Source: Eledone cirrhosa
Lineage: Eukaryota
Direction of reading: 5' to 3'
DNA: 64,000 nucleotides
NCBI GenBank assembly: GCA_964016885.1
Contig: OZ024740.1
Coordinates: 175,212,001 to 175,276,000 of the forward strand
The position numbers and the translations under genes were made by a program. Positions 26,320 to 39,448 of the stretch are shown piece after piece; positions within the stretch are counted from its first letter, which is position 1, and each line of letters opens with the position of its first letter. The notes below the pieces were generated by a model. That model ran no database searches, was not told the origin of the DNA, and saw only the letters and a list, made by a program, of their open reading frames with translations.

Positions 26320-27169
26320 GTACATCTCGCTGATCAATGAGAGAAACGCTTGCTTTGTAAACAGCACCATGCAAGTTATACGCCAGCTGCTGTTGTTGGT
26401 TGAACACATTCAGTCCACCGATGATGTTGCTATTCGTGAAATTAGCGACATTATATCGTCATCTGGAACTAAATCGGTAGCAAATTTGAGAAATATCATC
26501 GGCGGCAGGTTTAACGATGGTACCCAACAGTGTGCGCACGATTTTTGGAAGCACATTTATGAGTTGTTGCCTGAAAATATTAAACAACTGTTCACCTTTG
26601 GGGAAAAGACTTTGCTCAGGTGCACTAGAAAACACGAGGCCAATTGCCCTAGATTGCACAATGATGCAATCGATTGTGCGTCGATCAACGGCTGTGGCAC
26701 TTGCACAGATACAACTGATGTCAAGTCTGATCTGACGTTGCATCCTATTAATGGTCGGCAGCAGTTCAAAAGTTTGCTCAAAACTGATGTTTCGATCATT
26801 AAGAAATGCGATCTGTGCGGCATTGACACCGAGCACATTGGTACAGTTAACCATGTACTTCCAAACACAATGCGTTACCTGGTTGTTTATTTGAATAGAT
26901 TCGAATATACAAACAATCAGATGGTCAGGATTTATTCGGGGTTGATGAACTTCTCTCCGAACAAGCAGAGCATTTACGGCCAGATATTCCGACTGATCGG
27001 CTCCGTCTTGCATTCACTGGCTAGTGTAGACTCCGGGCACTACACCAGTATCGTCCGCAACCAGGACAGATGGGACATTATTAACGATGCCGTCTTTTCC
27101 AAGCAGTATATAGCTTTCCCGTCTAAACTGCTTAACAACTACCTGTTGTTTTTCGAAAAGTTGAATTGA
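26320..27169 (+). CDS. Ubiquitin-specific protease (peptidase C19/USP) domain, in frame with the helicase C-terminus
   Basis: Cys box LINERNACFVNSTMQ (Cys 26351), QQCAHDF (cf. QQDAHEF), CxxC, YLVVYLNRF, His box GSVLH..SGHYTSIVR (His 27038), W..IND (Asp 27086); same ORF 25898-27169. Confidence 0.8.
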
Positions 27170-28777
27170 ATTTTCATGGCCGATGTATAGCAACAAGCAT
27201 TTTTTGAAAGATTTGCTTGATCCTAAAAAAAAGTGACATTGCTTTGTTTGAATTGCTTTAGGGCATTTCTGAATTTATTGGAATAATATGAATCCGGTCC
27301 CGCCATTGAGGTATATTATCTTAATGGTGAATGAGTGCCGTTTTTTGAGCCTCGGGAAATTGTGAAATTGGTTTGCAACTACTATGGTCATTTTTGCTAT
27401 AATATTGGAAAGGCATGTCACTCGACCAGATTCTTGTGACCATTTTGTCACTGAACTATACTAGCTGCTGTTCAGTATCTCTCCGTAATCCTCTGTCTCT
27501 TTGGATTAATATGGCCGACTAAGATTATATATCACATTGTGCGGATATGGCTAGCAATTTGGTGTCAACTATAATTTTTTTGTATTTTATGCTTTCTTTT
27601 AATTTTTTAAATTTTAATCTTATATTTTTAAAATATATTTAAATAAATTATAAACTTTTTTTTATTTACAACATATCTTTATAGTGCATCTTCTAATATT
27701 GATTGTATCATATTTATTTACTTTTGTATTAATGATATAGTTAATAGTTACTTGTCTATTTGTCAATATGGTTTTGTAAAAGTAATTATTAACTATTATA
27801 TATTAAATTACAAATGATACAAATTAAATTTCTTTATATAAAATGCTTATAATATTGGTCGTATCATATTTACTTGTATATTTGTCCATATTATTGTATT
27901 ATTGTTCGTTTTATGTTAGACTATTTTATTATTATCATGTTAGATTATTTTTTTTATTATTATGTTAGACTATTTGTATGTAATATTTAATTTTTATTAA
28001 TTCAACTATAACAATTATGTAAAATATATTTATTTAATATTGATTGTTTTTTGTAGTTGTTTATATTAAAAGTCTGAAAATATTTTTATACATCTTACAA
28101 TAATATTTATAAGATCATTTATAATAACAATTATATAATCTAATTACATTACAACGATAATTTATTATTAATATATATTATGTTTAACTAGAGTTATTAC
28201 AAGCGTTGCCTTAAAAAATATTAAACTAGACCTGAAAAATGCGCAAGCTCAAAAGAGCCACAGAATGTTATAATAAACCTTCAAAAGTGTGGGACTAGAG
28301 TTGTTGCTCAAAAATATTGTAATCATTATCTATCGTACATTCTGTGGCATCCTTTATAAAAATATCACAATAAATACATCTATGTTTAATGTAATAACAG
28401 CTATAAATAATTACGTAATATTATTATCATATACTCATAGTAACAAAATAATTGTCTTGAAAATTAATATGATGCTTATATGAACGATCAAATCTGTAAT
28501 GATAATTTTATAAATATACTAATATTAAAATAATTTAGTTATATATTGTTACATTTTCATCGAACTATAACATTAACAATCGTATTGTCTCATCAAATTT
28601 TTATCACTGCAAACTTTCATATTGGAATTACCTTAAGCCATTTATCATTACTTCGCTTTCGTACTTTTACAGATGTAGATATTCGACTGTATCTTATATC
28701 TAATATCATGATCTCGTGGTAATTTGCATGCAGTGTAAAATAGGTTTATTAATAACTTTAATATGAAATGTATTATA

Positions 28778-28866
28778 CAGGGTTGCAGAGTCGGCCAAAA
28801 ATTGACTCGCTCCAACTCCGGATCCGATACTCCATTATTTCCTAAATTTCGGCTTCGCAGCTCTGT
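28778..28866. mobile_element. Tiny TIR element inside the Helitron 3' region
   Basis: CAGGGTTGCAGAGTCGG ... TTCGGCTTCGCAGCTCTG imperfect TIRs with TATTATA-like flanks. Confidence 0.45.
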
Positions 28867-29234
28867 TATTATAATAATTTATTTTATAGTTGTAAATCAT
28901 ATTTTTATATTTTACACTCTAAGAATGAACTAAGTGAAATTGTGTAAAAAGAAAGGCATGGTTGGTTTAAGCTAATGTTCAATATCTCATATTAGATGTT
29001 TAGTAATGATTAATACGAAATGCACTTAAACCGAATTCTATATTATAAATTCATTTAAATAATTATCGTGTCGTCTTGAATTCGACATGAGTCTCTTTTT
29101 TATAAAAGGATGCCACAGAATGTACGATAGATAATGATTACAATATTTTTGAGCAACAACTCTAGTCCCACACTTTTGAAGGTTTATTATAACATTCTGT
29201 GGTTCTTTTGAGCTTGCGCATTTTTCAGGTCTAG

Positions 29235-30800
29235 TTATGTATGTGTATGTCTTCCACATTACTGTAGCATTTAATGTGTTTATTGTCGGAGTTATATTTT
29301 CTACGGATTGAATTGTATAGTGTTTTGGCCACTACATCATGCCTCATAGGTAGATAGTATTGCGATGACATCTTTGGACAGCTGCTTATGACATGGGTGA
29401 CATCGTCGATATTAATTCTGTAGAGTCTTCATTTGTTGTCATATCTAGGTGTTTTGCCTGCATCCCCATCTCTTTTGTGAATCGGGTATTTTGTATTGAT
29501 TTCCGGTTCTTGGATTGCAAAAACATATCCTTTAAAGTGAGAGCCAATATAGCGGTTGTTGGTCCATGATAGACTATTTTGTATATCTATATTACTCTCA
29601 CGCTGGAGCCGCCTAGCAACATATCTAATGCATGATATTTTCCTGATAAGTATGCAGTTTTTCATTGCTGGGTGTAAATTTTTGATTATCATGGGAGTAT
29701 TTCTCGAGGAGTTCCTTCCCAACTCTCATGATCTTATCTGTCTCATGTAGACAGACGTGCTCAATTGATGGGTCCCTACGCTTGGTGGTTCGTAGATGCT
29801 GTAGGAAGGATATGATGCGACACCCACATGCTGTCTGGACTGATGTTAGGCCTCTGCATCGTTGTTTAGGTTTCAAGTAGAGGCGGTCTATGTAACTGTT
29901 GACGTGGACATTTCCGGTGTTGTTTAGGACTTTTCGTGTTTTAACATGGACAGCTCGGATTTGGTCTTCGTCCAATTGAGTATTCCGAACGTTGGTGTTA
30001 GGACAGGCACAGCAAACACGTGAGCCACTGTTTTATTGTGTGCAGAGAGTTCCGATGTCCATATTTTTCTTAATCGGGTATAATATTCCCTGGTTACGCG
30101 TTCCTTGTTACAAATACTATTATAGGATATATTCTCATCTATCCCTAGGTCCTCGTCAGATATCGGTGAAACAGTTAGGCCATAAAAATGTTGCTAGATT
30201 GCTTGTAGCTTTTCCTCGCTTTTACAATCATATATGACAATTTATCCTGGTTAAACTCCATATATCTTTCGAGAACGTCGTAACTCGGTCAGGGTTTTCT
30301 TCATCTCATTTATGTTCTTGGCATAGCGTTTCAGGTCATCCGCAAAAAAAGTTATAGGTTAGGTTTGTACTCCTGTCCTCCCGTGAACCAATTATGTTAT
30401 CCTTCATACTTCTTGAGCAGAAAGGACAAGGGATTTAATGACAGAATAAATAGTAAAACTGAGAGACTGTCTCCTTGAAATATACCCCTGCAGTATTCTA
30501 TTTTATCAGTGACAATAGAGTCCTTCTTCTCTGTATTTAACTTTAGGATAGTAGCCCAAGAAGAAGATATGTTCTCTATGGCTCTGATAACAGTGTCTGG
30601 GATTTAGCAAGTCGGATGGCTTCTATCATACAAGAGTGGGCAACAGAATCGAATGGTTTCCTGTAGTCCAGCCAGACTGTAGTCATATTCCTATGTTGCC
30701 GCACCCCTGACATCGCGGTTTTGTTAATTAGTTGTTCATCACACACCCCAAAACAACCTTCCTTCCCAGCTGCTCATCTGTGAGGATGTTATCTATGGTA
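29235..30800 (-). mobile_element. RLE-clade non-LTR retrotransposon, RT and CCHC region, decayed
   Basis: Minus translation WLDYRKPFDSV, RGIFQGDSLS, FFADDLK, DRLYL..GLTSV, AIQE, H.ISSCPKMS..YLPMRHDVVAK; continues at 19251. Confidence 0.85.
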
Positions 30801-30811
30801 TTTACTCCCCA

Positions 30812-30942
<131 letters not shown>

Positions 30943-31564
30943 AACACCATTTAATTGTTGCTGTCGCTTCACGACTCCCAGCCTCTCACTCTCTGCTTTT
31001 CTTTCCCTACCTTTCTCTCTCCTCTTTACCTTCTCGCCTTTTCTCCCCCTCTCTTCTTTGCCTTAATCTATTCTGCCATTTCTGTTTAGTCCCTGCTACT
31101 TTCACATCTTGTTTGGACTTCCCTTTCGACTTACATTTACTGTTGCCTTACCTTTTAATCTGACAATGACAACATTAAGACAAAGTTCACTATTCTTTCG
31201 GACATATGTCTATGCACTAGTTACGGTTTCTGTTGTCCATCATTTTAGTCGAACAAACATTAATGTTTAATCATTTATTGTTTTAGTTAAACCCAGTCTT
31301 AAGACCTTATTGTTAAATTGTATAATGGTTCTTGTTAGTCTTCTTTCCCATTGAAAGACTCCTTCTTGTACTGTAATTCTCTCAGGTGGTTATATTAATA
31401 TTGATCGGCACTGTAGGGCAAATGGCTCTGGTGTCTACATAACCGAACCAGTGTCTATATCCCCTTACAACAGCTAATGATAACTGGTACTTTTATGTTA
31501 CCGTTTCAGTCTGTCTTGCTTTGTTTACCTTGTCTTATGATGCTTTTTTGCGTACAAGCACATA

Positions 31565-31627
<63 letters not shown>

Positions 31628-31649
31628 CATCACCACCACCACCACTAAA

Positions 31650-32005
31650 GATCGTGCCTGATTGTAGATGTAGCCTGCCCCTTTGACACAAGGAGAAGGA
31701 GAAAATTAACGGATACCAGGATTTAAAATGGGAGTTAAAACAGATTTGGGTCATGAGATTAAGGTCGCCCCGGTTGTCATAGGAGCACTATGTACTATCT
31801 ATCTCAAAGAGTTTTCAAGGATGGTTAAAGAACATTAGCCCACCCCCCTTTTTTGGAACATTTCAAAAGGCATGCTTGCTGGGAACAGCAAGAACCCTCC
31901 GATACGTCCTGAATATCTGAGGCTACAGGTAGCGGCTTGATGTTCATTTGAACAAACTTTCCAGTTAAATGGCATTAATGACTGAGACTACAATAGTAAT
32001 AATGA
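31650..32005 (+). mobile_element. 3' end of a second RLE-clade LINE
   Basis: IVDVACPFD..KEKINGYQDLKWELKQIW..PVVIGAL..QKACLLGTAR.LRYVL then (AAT)-rich tail; preceded by (CTA)n. Confidence 0.7.
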
Positions 32006-32395
32006 TAATTGTTTCTAGTATTGGCACAAGGCCAGCAATTACCCAGTACATTACTGGTACTTTATTTTATCGACCCCGTAAGGATGAAAGGCAAAGTTAA
32101 CCTCGGCGGGATTTGAACTCAGAATGCCGTAACTCTATGCGTCAAAGTATGGCGTCCGACCCTCTACCGATACTGCCAATCCACCGCCCATTAGTAATAG
32201 TAATAATTGTTTCTATTTTAGGCACAAGGCCAGCAATTACCCAGTACATTACTGGTACTTTATTTTATCGACCCCGTAAGGATGAAAGGCAAAGTTAACC
32301 TCGACCGGATTTGAACTCAGATCGCAAAGGGACGTAACTATGCTGGAAAGCATGTCCGACGCTCTACCGATACTGCCAAATCACCGCCATTAGTA
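32005..32395 (-). mobile_element. Two tandem tRNA-derived SINE copies
   Basis: Two ~195-bp units with TGGCAGTATCGGTAGAG (A box) and GAGTTCAAATCC (B box). Confidence 0.8.
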
Positions 32396-32414
32396 ATAGT
32401 AATAATGATAATGA

Positions 32415-34725
32415 TTTCATTTATTGACCACAAGAGCCAACATGTAGGGGACAATACCAAGACACGGACAGTGGAGGTTTACAATAAGCTTGTGTAAAAG
32501 TGCACAATAGCAAAAACAATTTAACAATGAAAAAATATTAAAATAAACTATGTGTAAAAATAACAAAATAAATTCCCCAATAGGGGGGTGGGGGGTGAAC
32601 CACCCAGGGGCGACTCAGATACCCCACTAATCCTGAACCAGCTGACCATTCTAACGCACCCAGGGAGAGCACCCCCTCTCCTCCTCAAATTAACCAGCCT
32701 ACAGGTGCATGGCTAGAGTAGGCCCACTCACACGGGCCATTCTCGCCACATTCATCCACCTTTTAGCAAATGTACTGGGGGGCAGCACTTCTCTCTCCAC
32801 CCTCACATTCCTTTCCAAGTGAAACTTGAAGAAGTTGATGAGAGATTGACCGAAAAGAAAAGTGTCTGTCTTCAGTCCTTTCAACCTGGTCCACCATACA
32901 ACCTTTTTCGCAACTGCCACCAGACAGAGGAAAATTGCCTGTCCTTCCTGGCCAAAAGAAGGCGGCGGGTCGATCTTCACTATAGGCTCGGCTGATTATC
33001 CGGATCCGTTCTACACGCGACAACACCTGCTCGACATAACTCCACAAGTCAGTAATGCACGGGAACTGGACAAGTGCGTGCAGAACGGCTTCGTCACTCT
33101 GCGCGCATCTCGAGCAGGTCTGTCTGACAGCACTTCCATGCCTGTAGAGTTTATCTCGAACCGGTAGTGCCTCCATCCCCACCCCCGGTAGCACTGTTAA
33201 GCGAGGGATTTCTAGAAGTTATCCATTGTCCCCGACTTGAAAGATCTCCCGAACAGTCTGGTCAGTTCGATTTCATCGACGCCCAGAACGTCACCGAGTG
33301 CGTCGTCACACTTGTCCAACACTAATCCTCTATACAACTCGAGAGTGGAAGTTCCACTGACCGCATTGCCCACGTGGTAGAGGGCAGTGAGTGTCTGGCA
33401 ACATTCCAGATACCAGTCACCCAGTCTCGTTTTCTTCTTGACCCAGAACTGCAGCTCACCAACGGAACCTGTCCCCTCCACAAGAAGTTGAAGAGGAGCC
33501 GTTCCAAATTGGTGAGTCATGGACGGGGCAGGGTACGACGGTCAGGTGGTAGGATATGACGGACTTTATGTACGCATTCACCACCTCTGCCCGACCTCAC
33601 AGTGAAAACTTCCTCGCAGCTCATTTCTGGGTGAGACTGGCTACCCTGATCATCACCTCGTCATAATTCTTATCCACCTGGAGTTCTAGCCCTAACCAAA
33701 CCCCGACAACTTTACCGGTCCGTCCAGCGTCCAACAACACCGCCCTTTCCGGGTTAAGTTTCACTCCCGTTAACCTTTCATTCTTCCAATAAGTTGCCGA
33801 TCACCTCGATTTTCGAGGTGTCCGACACCATCACGGTGATGTCGTCCGCTTAAGCCGACACAGCCTTTCCGATTCGCGGTTCGAGCGGGATGCTTTGCAA
33901 CAGCTCTAGCTTCCGCAGCTTATGAAGACGGAGCCGAAGCCAGCTGCTCTTGAGAACAGCCTCCAGGTACCGATAGTCGACCCTATCGAATGCTTTCGAT
34001 TGATCTAAATTGATCAGAGCCCCACCGAAACCAATTTTACACCCTACACTATCAATGATATATCGCATGAAGTGGAGTTTGTTGTGTATGGACCTGGCCT
34101 CCCCAACAAAATCTTCGGCGACAAGTGCCAACCTCTTCGCTAACACCTTAATCTTAAACTCTGTGTTGAGCAGAGTTATGGACCTGAAGTTGTCTAATGT
34201 GTACGTCTTGTTCTCGTCTTTCCTTATCAGCGTCACTACGCCCCAGCTCACAGAACTGGGAATACTCCCGTTCTGTTGCCAGTTGTAGTAGAGCGCTTCG
34301 TGGAGATCGGAGAACAAGTCTGGCATGTTTACATAGAGCTCGTAGGGCAGACCATCCAAACCAGGTGACTTGCGCCTCATGCAGCCGACAAAGGGCATCC
34401 TGAATTTCGGCAGAAGTTATCGGTCTTTCGCAGCTCTTAGCGTCGGCCGTCGCGGTAGGGACTGAAGTCCGCTACCGTATCTGAGCCGCCACTCCCCCCG
34501 AACAACCGAGCAAAGTGCTGGCAAAAGGCCTCACGCATCCACCTGGAATCGCTCAGCGCGTGTCCGACTCGCTCCGCAAAGACAGAATTGTGGTTTTATT
34601 AGCACGCTGCGCCTCTGCCATGCGGACCCATCGAACAGCTTTGGTTCCCTCGTTTCTCAGAGCACGCGCCTTAGCTCTGACAATGCAACCTTCGTGTTTC
34701 ACGTTGAAGAAATGGTCTAATGCCA
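32415..34725 (-). mobile_element. L1/Tx1-clade LINE, 5'-truncated ORF2 pseudogene
   Basis: KSPGLDGLPYELY, FRSITLLNTEFKI, LDQSKAFDRVD, ADDITV, C-terminal CSRC..E..LHAL zinc knuckle; AATAAA near 3' end; (AAT)n flanks. Confidence 0.85.
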
Positions 34726-35304
34726 TCAATAATAATAATAATACTGATAAGAAGAACAATGATAACAATAACAAAAACAACAACATTAATAATAGAATAA
34801 CTGTGAACATGAACGTTATTTAATGGCACTAAGGATGTTTTTGTAACATGATTTATGAGATTGTTTTTGTAAAATGTTGATATAAGATGAGTTTTTTGTT
34901 AAAAGCTGGTGTAAAATATTTTTGCTAAACGTTGATATGAAATGTTTTTTAAATGAAAACCAGTTTACAAGAATAAAATATTTTATAGCAACATTTTACT
35001 AAAAAGTATATTGTAAAACCTATTGCAAGACACTTTTGATACCATTACATTTATATCCATATATATAATCCTTTTTTATTATTTCTATTTTTACTTCTAT
35101 TATACATACATACACACACACATGCATACACACATACACACATACATACACACATGCATACATACATATTCATTATATATCGTACTTATTTTTTCATTAT
35201 TTAGATTCTGATATACATTTGCATTAAACGGATATATTTATTATTATTAAATAAATAAAACATTATTGCATGTCATATATTGTAAATATTAAATGTATTA
35301 TGGT

Positions 35305-35490
35305 GGATTGGCAGTATCGGTGGAGGGTCGGACGCCATGCTTTGAAGCATAGAGTTACATCCCTTTATGATCTGAGTTCAAATGCCGCCGAGGTTAACTT
35401 TGATTTTCCTCCTTACAGGGTCGATAAAATAAAGTACCAGGAATACACTGGGGTAATTGCTGGCCTTGTGCAAAAAGTAGAAACAATTAT
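35305..35490 (+). mobile_element. tRNA-derived SINE
   Basis: Same family as 32005-32395; degenerate copy follows at 35545-35690. Confidence 0.8.
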
Positions 35491-35856
35491 TAATACATAC
35501 ACATATATGTGTGTCTGTTATGAGTGCATGTACATGTATGGATAAAGGCGCTGGATTGACAGAATCATTAAACTGTCATGTTGATGGCTTTACAGTATTC
35601 GTTCCGCTTGTTCGTGTTCTGAGTTCAAATCCCTCCAAGGCCAACTTTACATTTTGTCTTTCCATGGTGGATGAGATAATGTACCAGATCGATATATTCG
35701 CCTATTTCCTCCCTTCATGGATTGATGGATTCTAATTGAAAACCTGTCGAATCTATAATAAACTTACCTTGTATATTCTAATATGCGTTGCATTGTAGCA
35801 TATATATTTAATTTATACATACACACACAAACACGTGTGTTTGTATACACATACTC

Positions 35857-35926
<70 letters not shown>

Positions 35927-36040
35927 GTTTGTATATGTATAATAAAGCCAAAACAATGCAGGTATGGACATAGAATAAAGAATGCAAATGCAAAAGATAT
36001 TGTTGACAATTAGTCTTTTGCCTTAGATTTATTTAAATGT

Positions 36041-36075
36041 CCTTAATTTTCGAGATAATATCTCTTCTTCGGAGG
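36041..36075 (-). ncRNA. Minimal hammerhead (CCGAAGA core) in PLE 3' region
   Basis: CCU-CCGAAGAA-GAGAU auu AUCUC-GAAA-AU-UA-AGG. Confidence 0.6.
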
Positions 36076-36339
36076 GAAGTAAAGCGGTTAAACCAGTGTT
36101 CTAAATAGCTTGCCAAGTCATGCTGACAGAAAATGGTATAGAGCATCTGTTCTATCTCTAATGTCAAAGAGGTGGATAAAGAGTAGTCTCCCTTTAAAAG
36201 GGTTTTTTTGTACATGCCTGTTTAAGTGTGGGGGATAGATGTTATCTCGTGCTAGAACTGGTCTTTGTGTGTGTATGTGTGTGTGTGAGAGAGAATAAGT
36301 GGAGGTGTAAGCGTGTGTGTGTGTGTGGGGGGGGGGTAA

Positions 36340-37200
36340 TTATGGGGCTATATGCTATATCAAGTTATAAATTGGGTGTTGAGTTCTAGTCTATTATTGA
36401 TTGGTGGTAGTGTTTTGTCTATAATTAGTGCTTCCTTAATTCTAAGATTGCCGAGGTTTCTTTCCTTAGTTTCTATCCTAACTGTTATGGTTTTGTCGGT
36501 GTTTTTGCATTTAACTAGGTGTTTCTTAAATGAGGAAGCGTTAGTATTGAGGTGTTCTTTTATTCTGATGTGGAGTGGGCTGGTGGTGCTACCTACGTAG
36601 AAGTTGCTGCATTTGTCGCACTCTAGTCTGTATACGACGTAAGCCTGGTGGCATAGGTCTGTGTCGTTGATGGGGCAGTTGGCTAGCCTGTAGCGGTTGT
36701 CATGTCTGGTGGAGTGTCGTTTGGTTAGCTGTCCGCGTAGAGGACCTGAGTGGGCCAGTTGGATATCTAGTCCCTCTCGTCTGATAGCTCTGCGGATGGC
36801 TGTTGTTGTTTCGTCACTGAAGTGTGGGAGCTTCAGGAAGCAAGTGTTAGTGCCTCGGGTGTGGTGTCCTCTGTTCTTTCTGGCACGGTTTGTGGTGGAT
36901 GTCGTGTATCCGTTCAGTTTGAGTACTTCCAGGAAATGTGTGGTGTGTGTGTCTCGGTCTCTAGCGTCGGTGCATTTGTTCCAGATACGTGTTACTTCGT
37001 TTTTTATGTATCCGAACTTACGCTGGCTGGGAGAGCCGATCTGAAATGTACGAACAGGTCCCTGCTGGCGGCTTTTTTATAGAAGCAAGTGTGGATGTTG
37101 CCTTCCTCTGTTACCCTGAGTTGGAAGTCCAGTGGGGATAGGGATCTGCAGTCATCGGGGTGTTCCATGCCGAACTTTATACTGGCGTCCATGCTGGAGA
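36340..37200 (-). pseudogene. Penelope-like element RT thumb + GIY-YIG fragment
   Basis: LDF..FYKKAASRDLFVHFRSALP; CPINDTDLC; VVYRLECDKCSNFYVGSTTSPLHIRIKEHL; L.IKEALII..P.INN. Confidence 0.8.
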
Positions 37201-37241
37201 ATGTTCCTCATTACACAATGCTTCTAGTGAACTATAATTTC

Positions 37242-37344
<103 letters not shown>

Positions 37345-37384
37345 AATTACAGAATAATCAAAACTATGTTCAAAACATTTTATT

Positions 37385-37429
37385 GCTGACAATCGTTTCT
37401 TCCTAATTTTCGTTTGAAATCATCGGAGC
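37385..37429 (-). ncRNA. Hammerhead ribozyme (CCGAUGA core)
   Basis: GCU-CCGAUGA-UUUC..GGAA-GAAA-CGAUUG-UC-AGC. Confidence 0.6.
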
Positions 37430-37874
37430 ACTAGCAACGTTTAGACATATAATTAACCTCCTATTCCACAGAGTAATCGTAAAGATACGTAGATGTGTTT
37501 TCATTAACAGTGTCATATTTAAAGAGTGAAGATGATGTGGTCAGTATCAGTGGATGCGACAAAGATTATAAAAGAATAATACAACAATTATAGAGGAATT
37601 AAAGAAGAAAATTACTCGCAAAACGAGGATATTAACGGTACATATGCAAACGTATAGAAAGAGTGCAGAGGTATTAGGCATGTACAGAATAACCAGGTAA
37701 GAAACAAGCAATGGTACTAAGCATATATATCACAGTATGGCAAAGGTATCACATAATACAATGCAGGTATAAAAGCATATTAAGCAGAGAGAGATGCATG
37801 GCTGTGAAAAGCAGTTTCTATGAAGTTTATGGTGGATGCAATGTGATAATTGTTCAGGTAATAATATTATTATC

Positions 37875-37911
<37 letters not shown>

Positions 37912-37913
<2 letters not shown>

Positions 37914-38877
37914 GTGGGAAAGTGAAAAATCGGAGAATAGACCGTTAAAACATGTTTATTTAAAATATCACCTACGTACGTTTCGCCCAGTTGGGCTTCT
38001 CAAGGGCATAAACAATCACAAGTGTTCCTTATATAGTTCGGAAAGAGTTTTGGGGGTTAAATCCACATCAAGATTCATTGCTCGCAAAAATATCTTGTTT
38101 TGATTTTGCAGCAGGTCAAGGGAGGTAACTTTGGCCGGTGTTAGGGCAGTCTTTCCCGGATAATTTTTGGTATGCAGGGATTGTTTTCTGGGTGTTATTT
38201 TGCTGCGCCTGCCCGCCGGGGTGTTAAGACTTGTTGCAGGGAGATCCAGTGTGCTATTTCACTCTTCATTCTTAACCCATCTAAAGAAGGATATTTTTAA
38301 GCTGAAACAGCGATAAGTTGTACACATCGCTTAAAAATATCCTTCTTTAGATGGGTTAAGAATGAAGAGTGAAATAGCACACTGGATCTCCCTGCAACAA
38401 GTCTTAACACCCCGGCGGGTAGGCGCAGCAAAATAACACCCAGAAAACAATCCCTGCATACCAAAAATTATCCGGGAAAGACTGCCCTAACACCGGCCAA
38501 AGTTACCTCCCTTGACCTGCTGCAAAATCAAAACAAGATATTTTTGCGAGCAATGAATCTTCATGTGGATTTAACCCCTAAAACTCTTTCCGAACTATAT
38601 AAGGAACACTTGTGATTGTTTATGCCCTTGAGAAGCCCAACTGGGCGAAACGTACGTAGGTGATATTTTAAATAAACATGTTTTAACGGTCTATTCTCCG
38701 ATTTTTCACTTTCCCACGTGCTTACGCTCTGCTAACTCTCTAGCCCACTAAATATTAACAATTCGAATATTTAATACTGCCGGCACTAGTATCGAGCACC
38801 TTTGGCATACGCTACTTGGCAAATAACTATATGTATCACCTATCCCTCCTTTTTTTCTCTCTTTCTCGATACGTAAA

Positions 38878-38880
<3 letters not shown>
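37912..38880. mobile_element. Solo inverted-pLTR hairpin of the Naiad-type element
   Basis: ~390-bp arms 37912-38301 / 38329-38719 homologous to 10470-10920, plus ~160-bp tail; flanked by (TA)n. Confidence 0.85.
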
Positions 38881-38916
<36 letters not shown>

Positions 38917-39414
38917 TTGGAGCTCTGAAATAGCAATATATATATGAATGTATATATAATGTATTTTGCAATACACTTTATGCTTAATTAAAAGCATTTT
39001 GAAGACCGTAATCTATTGTTTTAAAGTAGTGACAGACTCACTTACTTTAATCTCAGCAAACAGGGGAGATAAAGCCGACAAGGCCTTGTTTCTGCATTTT
39101 TTAATGCTTATATGTATATATATACGTTGGGTACTTCTGGGTGTATGTTCCTATTCAGAGCATTGTTATTGTGGTTAACTAAGTTAAAAGGGGCGTCGTC
39201 CTGGTATAAACATCCGCCCAGTCCCGGTATCATACGTTTAATTAGGTGGGGAATGTATAACCCAACAAGGTGAGTTTGTGGAGCCCATGGTGATGTCAAA
39301 ATTACTGGGTATGTCCCTGACTGCGTGTCGAAAGTTCATCATTAAATTTGATAATAGTTTTCCTGGCTGCGAGTATTAAGTCGAATGCTTCCCGGGTAAG
39401 ATGCGTTTATTTTA

Positions 39415-39448
<34 letters not shown>

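Larger units (their letters stand above)
19252..29234 (+). mobile_element. Helitron-like element, 9,983 bp, full-length but decayed
   Basis: A|TCTGTTAG...GGTCTAG|T termini with no TSD; removal restores the host LINE frame (DIHIHN-MKEYWW); encodes Rep + PIF1 helicase. Confidence 0.85.

Noticed and set aside
25781-27013. 208-aa and 184-aa minus-strand ORFs within the Helitron
   Set aside because: Antisense to the helicase/USP frame, with no recognisable motifs
32100-32190. tRNA genes at A/B-box motifs
   Set aside because: These are SINE heads with shared downstream bodies and no complete cloverleaf
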